Positions 1 through 7,069 of a stretch of DNA of 12,889 nt are shown here, piece by piece (position 1 is the stretch's first letter; each line of letters opens with the position of its first letter). Below the pieces are notes generated by a model. It was not told the origin of the DNA. It did no database searches and saw nothing but the letters and a program-made list of their open reading frames with translations. The position numbers were made by a program, and so were the translations under genes. Source of the DNA: Nitrosomonas europaea (GTDB lineage Bacteria > Pseudomonadota > Gammaproteobacteria > Burkholderiales > Nitrosomonadaceae); NCBI RefSeq assembly GCF_900167395.1, contig NZ_FUWK01000057.1:1-12889 (forward strand), written 5' to 3'.

Positions 1-8
1 GCCTAATC

Positions 9-40
9 GGGTAGCTGGGAGCTTTTAACTCCCAGCCCCC
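9..40 (-). ncRNA. Group II intron domain VI with a bulged branch-point adenosine
   Basis: The minus strand reads GGG(G)-GCUGGGAG-UUAAAAG-CUCCCAGC-UA-CCC. A perfect 8-bp helix (36..29 with 21..14) is extended by GGG/CCC. An unpaired UA sits on the 3' strand. The A (position 12) is the 7th nucleotide from the proposed 3' splice site (position 6), the canonical branch-point spacing. Confidence 0.55.
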
Positions 41-43
41 ACA

Positions 44-73
44 CCACCCACCGTGCGGGTCCGCAGTAGGCGG
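44..73 (-). ncRNA. Group II intron domain V (catalytic hairpin)
   Basis: The minus strand reads CCGCCUAC-UGCG-GACC-CGCA-CG-GUGGGUGG. This gives an 8-bp lower helix including G-U pairs, a 2-nt bulge (CG) on the 3' strand, a 4-bp upper helix and a tetraloop. The lower 5' strand carries CGC where AGC usually sits as the catalytic triad, a substitution characteristic of class C introns. The hairpin lies about 35 nt downstream of the RT stop, as expected. Confidence 0.6.
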
Positions 74-106
74 TTCAACGAGCGTGCTCGTGTGACGACG
101 ACGCCT

Positions 107-1420
107 TCAACCCTTGTCCGGCCCGTAGCTCTGTGCTTTGCACCACAGGTCTTTGATGCTGAGCAGTCCCTGTGCCCTGAGCCAGTCGTTGGACATGGCC
201 TGTTGGGTCACCGGAGTTCTGGCCATGCGCCAATAGCTCAGGCTGCTCACGCCGTGTTGGATGGCAGCCTTCAGCGGTATGCCCAAGTCCAGCAGGTGCC
301 GGATCTTAGTGCGCGCCCAGCGCCACTGTTTCCAGTAGCACATACGCACCCGACGTCGGATCCATTCGTCCAGTTCCGGGATCGGCCGGTAGTACTGGCT
401 GATCCCGTAGTACCCGAACCATCCCCGCAGATACTGACCGAGCTTTTCCAGCCGGTACTCCATGCTGACGCCCCAACTTCTGCCGGTGAGTTGCCGCACC
501 CGATGCTTGAAATTCGCCAGGGATTTCTCTGTCCAGCGGATCTTCTTGCCCACAAGAGTGAAGCCTAGAAAGCTGCATTCACTCATCGGTGCGACTTGGC
601 TCTTGGCCAGGTTCACGGTGAGCTTGAGGGTGGATTGCAGGAAGTACGTGAGGCTTTGCATCACCCGCTCGGCCGCGCGTCGGGACTTGACCAGGATGAT
701 CACATCGTCGGCGTAGCGGGCGAAGCGGTGTCCGCGGCGTTCCAGTTCGAGATCGAACTGGTGCAGCAGGACGTTGGCCAACAGCGGCGAGAGCGGCCCG
801 CCTTGCGGCGTGCCCACCTCGCTGGGTTGGGGGTGCTCCCCGACCAGCACCCCGGCGCGCAGGTAGCGCCCGATCAGGGCCAGCAGTCGCTTGTCGGCGA
901 TGCTTCGACTCAGCAGGCTCATCAACAGGTCATGGTTGACGTTGTCGAAGAACCTGGCCAAGTCCAGATCTACCGCCCAACGGTAGCCGGCCTTCACGTG
1001 CGCCTGCACCTGGCGGATCGCCTGGTGTGCATTGCGGCCCGGTCGGAAGCCGAAGCTCGATGCCGAAAAGCCCGGATCGAAGATCGGTATGAGCACCTGG
1101 GCGATGGCCTGCTGGATGACCCGGTCCGTGACGGTCGGGATGCCCAGTTGCCGTTGGCCGCCATCGGGCTTGGGGATATCCACCCGTCGCACCGGTTGCG
1201 GCCGATATCGCCCGGCCTCGATCTGCTCGCGCGTGGCTGGCCAGTGTGCGCGGGCGTGTTCGGGCCATTCCGCCGTGGTCACGCCGTCGATACCCGGCGC
1301 CCCCCTATTGGATTTGACCCTGCGCCACGCCCGCGCCAGGTTGTCTCTGGCCAGCACGGCCTCGAGCAGGTCTTGGCCGTCTTGGTTATGGTCGTCGTCT
1401 TGGTTCAAGGCTCGGTGCAT
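107..1420 (-). CDS. Group II intron-encoded reverse transcriptase/maturase (RT plus X/thumb domains, no endonuclease domain)
   Basis: 437-aa ORF with diagnostic motifs. These are RT0/1 (LLEAVLARDNLARAWRRVKSNRGAPGIDG; RRVDIPKPDGGQRQLGIPTVTDRVIQQA), RT4 (GTPQGGPLSPLLANVLL), the RT5 catalytic YADD (FARYADDVIILV) and a maturase X-domain signature (LGQYLRGWFGYYG). The short C-terminus has no HNH/En domain, as in class C introns. It has an ATG start with an in-frame stop 11 codons upstream. Confidence 0.95.
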   Translation of the reverse strand: MHRALNQDDDHNQDGQDLLEAVLARDNLARAWRRVKSNRGAPGIDGVTTAEWPEHARAHWPATREQIEAGRYRPQPVRRVDIPKPDGGQRQLGIPTVTDRVIQQAIAQVLIPIFDPGFSASSFGFRPGRNAHQAIRQVQAHVKAGYRWAVDLDLARFFDNVNHDLLMSLLSRSIADKRLLALIGRYLRAGVLVGEHPQPSEVGTPQGGPLSPLLANVLLHQFDLELERRGHRFARYADDVIILVKSRRAAERVMQSLTYFLQSTLKLTVNLAKSQVAPMSECSFLGFTLVGKKIRWTEKSLANFKHRVRQLTGRSWGVSMEYRLEKLGQYLRGWFGYYGISQYYRPIPELDEWIRRRVRMCYWKQWRWARTKIRHLLDLGIPLKAAIQHGVSSLSYWRMARTPVTQQAMSNDWLRAQGLLSIKDLWCKAQSYGPDKG

Positions 1421-2012
1421 GCCGACCGCCGCCGTGCCTGGCCCATGCGGGCTTCATCGGTTTGGTCGAGTTCGGTCACGTCTGCTCCTTAGTATCTCGT
1501 TGTTCAGCCCTTCGGCAGCCCGACACCTGGCTGCCTACTATGGCTTCTGCTGACTTCTGCACCGTCACGCCCACCGTTGCCAGTGGACGCGCTGCCCGTC
1601 TGATCGTGCGTCGCTGCCGGTTTCTTCGCTCGTGGCGGGCAGCTCGCCACGGCTCCTGGTCCTTGGTTGCCCGGTGGGACCGGCCGGGTCATCGTCACGA
1701 TCAGGCTGGCCGCCGTCAGCACAGACCTCCCCAGGTAAGAACGCGAACTGTCGGTGCACAAGCGCCGCATTTACCGTGGCCGGCGTACCGTTGGGCTTCG
1801 CTGTCATGTGCCAGCTCGCCTCGCCTGCCTCGGCCTTCTATGCGGTTTCTGTCCGTCGCCTCGCACCTCTTGCACTCCGGCTTCCTCCAGACAATCCCTC
1901 ACGGGCTTGCCCTTGCCTTCGGCTCGTGGTTATACTCGGTTCACAATGAATCCAAGTCGGTACTCCCACAGGGGACTTGCACCCCATAAGTTCGCGCCCA
2001 TGCTGGGCGCAC

Positions 2013-2118
2013 ACAAGTCGCTCAAGGTCGCGCCATAAATGGCGCTGGACAGCCACAACCGGCGCATGCTTCGCATTTTATGCGCCGCTTGTGTCTGCCC
2101 CTTAGCTCGGCGTTAGTT
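2013..2118 (+). other. Integron attC recombination site, split by the intron (first 5 nt are at 1..5); probably the terminal attC of a cassette array
   Basis: Joining 1..5 to 2013..2118 gives GCCTAAC...GTTAGTT. GCCTAAC is an exact RYYYAAC inverse core (R''). GTTAG.. at 2112 is the GTTRRRY-type core (R'), and CTAAC/GTTAG pair. An L-box-like pairing, GCT(C)AAGG (2020..2027) with CCTTAGC (2100..2106), leaves one extrahelical base: C2023, which is G on the minus strand. Two internal hairpins (2030..2045 and 2060..2087) form the variable central part. The total of about 111 nt is within the attC size range. The GC-rich tract ends here. Confidence 0.55.
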
Positions 2119-2160
2119 CTTCTCAAAATACATCGCTAGAACCAATACTCCACTATTTAA

Positions 2161-3528
2161 TTACTCTCCCTGCGAGTTATTTCTCACTGATCCAGCAAAG
2201 TCAATTCGCCCTACTTTCCATACCAGCACCAGTACCGGCACACCCAATAATGCAGTGCCAGTAAAGAATGTGGCGTAGCCGTAAGCATCAACAAATTCTC
2301 CACTGAAACCGGCGATAAATTTTGGCAGCAGCAGCATGATGGAGCTGAACAACGCATACTGCGTGGCGGAATAAGCAGCGTGCGTCAATCCTGAAAGGTA
2401 GGCAACAAAGGCAGAGGAGGCAATACCTGCTGCCAGGTTATCGGCTGAAATGGTGAAGACCAGCCCGCCGACATCATGCCCTCTGCCCGCCAGCCATACA
2501 AACAGCAGATTGGTGGCGGCTGATAATACCGCTCCCAGAAACAAGGTACGGATAACGCCGATGCGGGCAACCAGCACACCGCCCATGGCTGCGCCCAATA
2601 TGGTCATGATCACACCATACACTTTGGAGATGGTGGCTACTTCATCTTTGGTATAGCCCATGTCCACATAAAACGGATTGCTCATGATGCCCATGACGAC
2701 GTCTGAAATCCGGTATATGGCAATCAATGCCAGAATCAATAGTGCGTGATAACCGTAGCGCATGATGAAATCACGAAACGGCGCAATCACTGCACTATCC
2801 AGCCAGGCAAGCAACCGGGCTGATGCTGTCGCTCCTCGTGATCCACTGTTAACCGTCAATTGTGCAACGGGTACCTCCGGTTCACGAATTATCAACGTAG
2901 TCATCATCCCGATCAGCATACAGCTCGCCATGATGGTATAGGCTACCTGCCAGGAAGCAGCGCTGTATTCACCAGGTGATGCATCCAGTGCAGCGGCAAT
3001 CCACAATACCCCTGCCGAAGCCAGAATCATCGCCAACCGGTAGCCTGCCTGATAGGTTGCGGCCATCGCGCCCTGCAGTCGTAACGCAACCGCTTCGATC
3101 CGGTAAGCATCCAGTGCGATATCCTGAGTAGCGGAAGCAAATGCCACGATGATTGCGCACACTGTCATGCGCACCAGATCTTCCGCCGGATCAGTACGGG
3201 CCATACCAATCAATGCCATGCTAATGGCCAGTTGTGACAGCAATAACCAGGCACGGCGGCGCCCCAGCCAACGAGTCAGCAGTGGCAATGGCATCCGATC
3301 AACCAATGGCGCCCATGCCCATTTGAAACCGTAGGCAAGCCCCACCCAGCTCAGATGGCCAATGGTGGCACGGTCGATACCCGCTTCACGCAACCAGAAC
3401 GACAATGTGCCGAGTATCAGCAGCATGGGCAGACCGGCAGAAAACCCCAGCAGCAGCATGCCCAGCACTCTCGGATGAGTATAGATACGCAGTGCATGCA
3501 GCCAGCCGACGCATGCGCCTGGTTTCAT
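2161..3528 (-). CDS. ampG: AmpG-family MFS muropeptide (anhydromuropeptide) permease
   Basis: 455-aa polytopic membrane protein. The N-terminus LGMLLLGFSAGLPMLLILGTLSFWLREAGIDRATIG...FKWAWAPLVDRMPLP matches the conserved AmpG signature region. Its ATG overlaps the xthA stop codon (ATGA). Confidence 0.85.
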   Translation of the reverse strand: MKPGACVGWLHALRIYTHPRVLGMLLLGFSAGLPMLLILGTLSFWLREAGIDRATIGHLSWVGLAYGFKWAWAPLVDRMPLPLLTRWLGRRRAWLLLSQLAISMALIGMARTDPAEDLVRMTVCAIIVAFASATQDIALDAYRIEAVALRLQGAMAATYQAGYRLAMILASAGVLWIAAALDASPGEYSAASWQVAYTIMASCMLIGMMTTLIIREPEVPVAQLTVNSGSRGATASARLLAWLDSAVIAPFRDFIMRYGYHALLILALIAIYRISDVVMGIMSNPFYVDMGYTKDEVATISKVYGVIMTILGAAMGGVLVARIGVIRTLFLGAVLSAATNLLFVWLAGRGHDVGGLVFTISADNLAAGIASSAFVAYLSGLTHAAYSATQYALFSSIMLLLPKFIAGFSGEFVDAYGYATFFTGTALLGVPVLVLVWKVGRIDFAGSVRNNSQGE

Positions 3529-4298
3529 AGATTGAAATCGTAATCGATGGTCAGTGGAGCGTGGTCAGAAAAGCGCTCAGCCTTGTAAATCGAGACACCG
3601 GTTGCCATAGCTGCCAACCCCGGTGTTGCAATCTGGTAGTCGATCCGCCAGCCCACGTTCTTCGCCCATGCCTGGCCACGATTGGACCACCAGGTATATT
3701 GATCCGGTTCCGGGTTGATCTTGCGAAATACATCCACCAACTTCAATTCATCGAACACGGTGGACAACCAGGCGCGTTCCTCCGGCAGGAATCCTGAATT
3801 TTTCTGATTGGAACGCCAGTTCTTGAGGTCGATTGCCTTATGCGCGATATTCCAGTCTCCGCACAGCAGCACCTCACGACCACACTCTGCCAACGACTGC
3901 AACAGCGGAAGAAAATGCTCCATGAAGAAAAATTTTGCTGCCTGGCGGTGCTCTCCGCTCGAACCGGAAGGAAGGTAAATCGAAATAACGGTCAGGTTGC
4001 CGAAATCCACTCTCAGGAAACGCCCTTCCATATCAATTTCAGGAATGCCGGTTCCCTCTATGATCTGATCGGGAGAATAACGGGTATAGAGCCCAACTCC
4101 GCTGTAGCCCTTTTTTTCCGCACAGTGGAAATAACCGCTGTAGCCATCCGGTGCACGCATCACTCCATTGATGTCACCCTGCTGTGCTTTCAATTCCTGC
4201 ACACAGATCACATCTGCCTCCTGTCGAGGAAGCCAGTCAAAAAGCCCTTTGCCAGCTGCCGAACGCAGACCGTTCACATTCAAAGTGATAATTCTCAT
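3525..4298 (-). CDS. xthA: Exodeoxyribonuclease III (Xth/ExoA family AP endonuclease)
   Basis: MRIITLNVNGLRS..., VICVQE, CGDWNIAH, WWSNRG..., GWRIDY and ERFSDHAPL are the conserved EEP-fold Xth motifs. I chose the internal ATG at 4298 (MRIITLNVNG), which matches the family N-terminus. The track start at 4346 would overlap the upstream gene. Confidence 0.9.
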   Translation of the reverse strand: MRIITLNVNGLRSAAGKGLFDWLPRQEADVICVQELKAQQGDINGVMRAPDGYSGYFHCAEKKGYSGVGLYTRYSPDQIIEGTGIPEIDMEGRFLRVDFGNLTVISIYLPSGSSGEHRQAAKFFFMEHFLPLLQSLAECGREVLLCGDWNIAHKAIDLKNWRSNQKNSGFLPEERAWLSTVFDELKLVDVFRKINPEPDQYTWWSNRGQAWAKNVGWRIDYQIATPGLAAMATGVSIYKAERFSDHAPLTIDYDFNL

Positions 4299-4309
4299 AC
4301 AAATCGTAA

Positions 4310-4702
4310 TTAGTGCGCGCCTAATGCAGGGAGACCAGGCTTGCAATAGACACGCCCCGGATAGCCTGGTACACGGCGTGTGTTCGGAATGACATCACCA
4401 CTGCGGATACACTGTATGGTTGCTTTATCCAGATTAGCGAAATATTCATTTTCTCCCGGCTGGAACGATGCAGGAGGAACCGCCTCACGGATGAGGCGAC
4501 AGGTTTCCGGCTCATTCTCAGGAATCGGATCATCCGTATGGGGTGGCAGCCGGCAAAGCTGGCAGGGATTACCCGGGCAAAAACAACCTTTGCACTTCGT
4601 TGCCGCTACATTATTAGTACCAGTTGGCTGATTGGCTGATGATGTCACGGGCAAAGCCATCAGCATTAGAAACATTGAACATACCATCCATTTCAACCAC
4701 AT
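4310..4702 (-). CDS. Small secreted cysteine-rich protein, family not recognised
   Basis: 130-aa ORF with a strong AGGAG Shine-Dalgarno (4711..4715 on the + strand) 8 nt upstream of the ATG at 4702. It has a Sec-type signal peptide (MWLKWMVCSMFLMLMALPVTSSA/NQ). The mature part has 8 Cys, including a dense cluster CKGCFCPGNPCQLC. It is co-directional with and tightly packed against xthA (11-nt gap). Confidence 0.6.
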   Translation of the reverse strand: MWLKWMVCSMFLMLMALPVTSSANQPTGTNNVAATKCKGCFCPGNPCQLCRLPPHTDDPIPENEPETCRLIREAVPPASFQPGENEYFANLDKATIQCIRSGDVIPNTRRVPGYPGRVYCKPGLPALGAH

Positions 4703-4848
4703 CCGTTCATCTCCTTTAAATCAACAAAACAAATCCAAATCTTCCAAAAATTCAGGCAACGGCAAAAACGACCTTTCAGCGTTGGCAGATTGCTTCAATG
4801 TCATCTCGCGAAAACAGTATTTTCATCACCGCAGACAACTTATACCGT

Positions 4849-5385
4849 TTATCCCGGTATTTCCGGAATAATCTGCCGCAGCAACTGAAACAAAGCACGA
4901 AAATTATGGGGAGGTTTACCGGCCAGTTTTTCTTTTTCGATATTACGCAACAAGGTACGTAACTGGCGCACATCCGTGTGCGGATAGGTTTGCACGAATT
5001 CGGTCACCGCTGTTTCATCACTGATGAGGCGATCGCGCCACCGCTCCAGTTGATGCAGCCATGCGGTATGGCGCATACCGGTATGCTGCCATGCATCCAG
5101 CTTTTCCTGAACAGGTAGTGGATCAACTGCACGCATCAGTTTACCGATGAATTGCAGGTGCCGTCGGCGTGCGCCATGGCTGGTTATTTTGCGGGCTTCC
5201 AGCAATGCTTCTGCCAGTTTCTCGGGCAAATCCAATTCTGCGATGCGGGCAGGTTCAAGTTCCACCAGCCGCTCACCCAATGCCTGCAAGGCATGCATTT
5301 CCTGCTTGAGGCGGGTTTTGCTGGGCCGGGATTCAGATTCGGGATCAGGCTGGGAAACAGTTTGCGGATGGTCGGACACAGTCAC
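4849..5385 (-). CDS. yjgA: YjgA/DarP (DUF615) ribosome-associated protein
   Basis: 178 aa. The acidic N-terminus is followed by SKTRLKQEMHALQALGERLVEL...LPEKLAEALLEARKITSHGARRRHLQFIGKLMR, typical of YjgA. It is divergent from pmbA, the conserved arrangement seen in E. coli. The start in the track is a GTG without a clear SD, so the start is uncertain. Confidence 0.8.
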   Translation of the reverse strand: MTVSDHPQTVSQPDPESESRPSKTRLKQEMHALQALGERLVELEPARIAELDLPEKLAEALLEARKITSHGARRRHLQFIGKLMRAVDPLPVQEKLDAWQHTGMRHTAWLHQLERWRDRLISDETAVTEFVQTYPHTDVRQLRTLLRNIEKEKLAGKPPHNFRALFQLLRQIIPEIPG

Positions 5386-5626
5386 TCGTATCGGGAACAG
5401 TCAATAAACTGTTATCATAACCTGCTTTGGAAAACAGGGCGCGCTGAAGAACATCAGCGTACAGCAGGAACTGGTTTCACAGCCTCTCTCTGCCACTGAC
5501 AGCCCGAACTTGCAAGCAGTCGTTCCTGTTTCATTCCGCCTCCAGCCAGATCAGCACCAGGCTCACGCCAATCTGGAAGTGGAATCTGTTTCAATGCACT
5601 GATAAACCGTCTCCTCCCCAATTTAT

Positions 5627-6994
5627 ATGGACAACTCGAATCATCACCCCGAACAACCGCAATCCTTTTCTTATTCCGTTGAGACTCTGCAACAGATCGC
5701 AGACGATGTACTGACGCTCGCCCACAAGGGAGGGGCTGACGCCTGTGAAATGAATGTCTCGGAAGGCTCCGGTCAGAACGTCACCGTGCGCCAGGGAGAA
5801 GTCGAAACCATCGAATACACGCGTGACAAAGGATTGTCCATTACCGTCCATATCGGGCATAAGCGGGGCAATGCCAGCAGTTCGGACTTTTCTCCACAGG
5901 CGATACGCGAAACCGTCTCTGCCGCACTGTCGATTGCCCGATACACGGCAGATGATATTTACGCCGGGCTGGCTGACCAGGATTTACTGGCGACTTCCTT
6001 CCCGGATCTCGATCTTTACCACCCGTGGTCACTACCTGTCGAAGAAGCCATCGAACTGGCACGCCAGTGCGAAGCAGCTGCCCTGGCAACTGACAAACGC
6101 ATTACCAATTCCGAAGGCGCCAGCGTATCGGCCGGCGCCTCACACTTCGTTTACGCCAATTCGCTCGGATTCTGCGCCGGTTATCCACTGTCACGCCACA
6201 GCATCAGTTGCGCGGTCATCGCCGGCGAGCAGAACAACATGCAACGTGATTACTGGTACAGCGTTGCACGCGCGGCGGGTGATCTCGAAGCCATCGAAGA
6301 AATCGGCAAAAAAGCCGGTATGCGCAGCCTGGCACGCCTCGGCGCCAGCAAAATCGCAACCTGCGAAGTGCCGGTACTGTTCGAATCGACCATCGCCTCC
6401 AGCCTGATCGGCTATTTCGTCCAGGCAATCAGTGGCGGCAGCCTGTACCGGAAATCTTCCTTCCTGCTGGACAGTATTGGCAGACAGGTATTTCCGGCAA
6501 CCATTCAGATCAGTGAGTTACCGCATCTTCAAAAAGGTCTGGCAAGTTGTGCGTTTGATGATGAAGGTGTCGCCACTCATCCGCGCAAAGTGGTGGAAAA
6601 TGGTGTCGTGCAAGGCTATTTTCTGGGCAGTTACACGGCGCGCAAGCTCGGTATGCGTTCCACCGGCAATGCTGGCGGCAACCATAACCTGATCGTGGAA
6701 AATAATGTTTCGTTATCTTTCGATGCTCTGTTGAAAAAAATGAACAAGGGCTTGCTGGTTACCGAACTGCTCGGCCATGGCGTCAACCTCGTCACCGGAG
6801 ACTATTCCCAGGGAGCAGCCGGGTTCTGGGTGGAAAACGGTGAAATCACTCACCCTGTAGAAGAAATCACCATCGCCGGCAACCTGAAAAATATGTTGTC
6901 CGGCATCGTCGCTGTCGGTAATGATGTCATCGTACGCGGCTCACGCCAGTGCGGTTCATTACTGATCGAACGCATGACCATCGCCGGACATTAA
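5627..6994 (+). CDS. pmbA: PmbA/TldE metalloprotease (TldD/PmbA family)
   Basis: 455 aa, full-length and family-typical. Matching segments include FSYSVETLQQIADDVLTLAHKGGADACEMNVSEGSGQNVTVRQGEVETIEY and the C-terminal GDYSQGAAGFWVENGEI..PVEEITIAGNL. Confidence 0.9.
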   Translation: MDNSNHHPEQPQSFSYSVETLQQIADDVLTLAHKGGADACEMNVSEGSGQNVTVRQGEVETIEYTRDKGLSITVHIGHKRGNASSSDFSPQAIRETVSAALSIARYTADDIYAGLADQDLLATSFPDLDLYHPWSLPVEEAIELARQCEAAALATDKRITNSEGASVSAGASHFVYANSLGFCAGYPLSRHSISCAVIAGEQNNMQRDYWYSVARAAGDLEAIEEIGKKAGMRSLARLGASKIATCEVPVLFESTIASSLIGYFVQAISGGSLYRKSSFLLDSIGRQVFPATIQISELPHLQKGLASCAFDDEGVATHPRKVVENGVVQGYFLGSYTARKLGMRSTGNAGGNHNLIVENNVSLSFDALLKKMNKGLLVTELLGHGVNLVTGDYSQGAAGFWVENGEITHPVEEITIAGNLKNMLSGIVAVGNDVIVRGSRQCGSLLIERMTIAGH

Positions 6995-7069
6995 ACCGGG
7001 CACACCGCAGCAGATCATTCCTCATTCGATCACCAGCCTGTAACTCCTATCCGGTCAAACAAGGTTTTC

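Larger units (their letters stand above)
6..2012 (-). mobile_element. Complete bacterial group II intron, class C-like (IIC-attC type), about 2.0 kb
   Basis: On the minus strand the element begins GTGCGCCCAG (2012 downward), matching the GUGYG 5' consensus. About 590 nt of GC-rich non-coding RNA (domains I-III) precede the RT ORF in domain IV. About 100 nt follow the stop codon and contain recognisable domain V and domain VI hairpins. The element ends ...CCCGAU at position 6, matching the AY 3' consensus. The 5' exon ends TTGT and the 3' exon starts T. Boundaries were inferred by eye, not by a covariance model. Confidence 0.8.

Noticed and set aside
107-1420. The reverse transcriptase as a retron, DGR, Abi or DRT-type defence RT.
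   Set aside because: The protein has the group II maturase X domain (RGWFGYYG). It is also embedded in RNA with a GUGCG 5' end and domain V/VI hairpins, which together identify a group II intron. No msr/msd-like repeats, TR/VR repeats or accessory effector genes are adjacent.
53-2056. Many long ORFs on both strands inside the GC-rich block. Examples are 596..1492 + (298 aa, antisense to the RT), 53..568 +, 1032..1553 +, 1462..1989 + and 930..1268 -.
   Set aside because: They have low-complexity Arg/Ala/Gly/Pro-rich translations typical of off-frame reading of high-GC DNA. They overlap either the well-supported RT gene or the structured ribozyme domains, and none shows recognisable motifs.
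2030-2087. Two GC-rich hairpins (GCGCCA-TAAA-TGGCGC at 2030..2045; CGGCGCAT-N12-ATGCGCCG at 2060..2087) as rho-independent terminators of ampG, or as the terminator-type target of a class C intron.
   Set aside because: Neither is followed by a U-tract on the minus strand. They lie inside the larger imperfect palindrome bounded by GCCTAAC/GTTAG, so they are better explained as the variable central structure of an attC site.
4842-4860. The inverted repeat ATACCG-N7-CGGTAT spanning the yjgA stop codon, as a possible terminator.
   Set aside because: The stem is short, no downstream U-tract follows on the minus strand, and the next gene's SD follows in the same orientation. Read-through is more likely.
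5396-5413. The palindrome AACAGT-caataa-ACTGTT in the yjgA/pmbA divergent promoter region, as a possible operator.
   Set aside because: Its 6-bp arms occur only once in the window and no adjacent regulator gene is present. It could easily arise by chance and is not enough to call a binding site.
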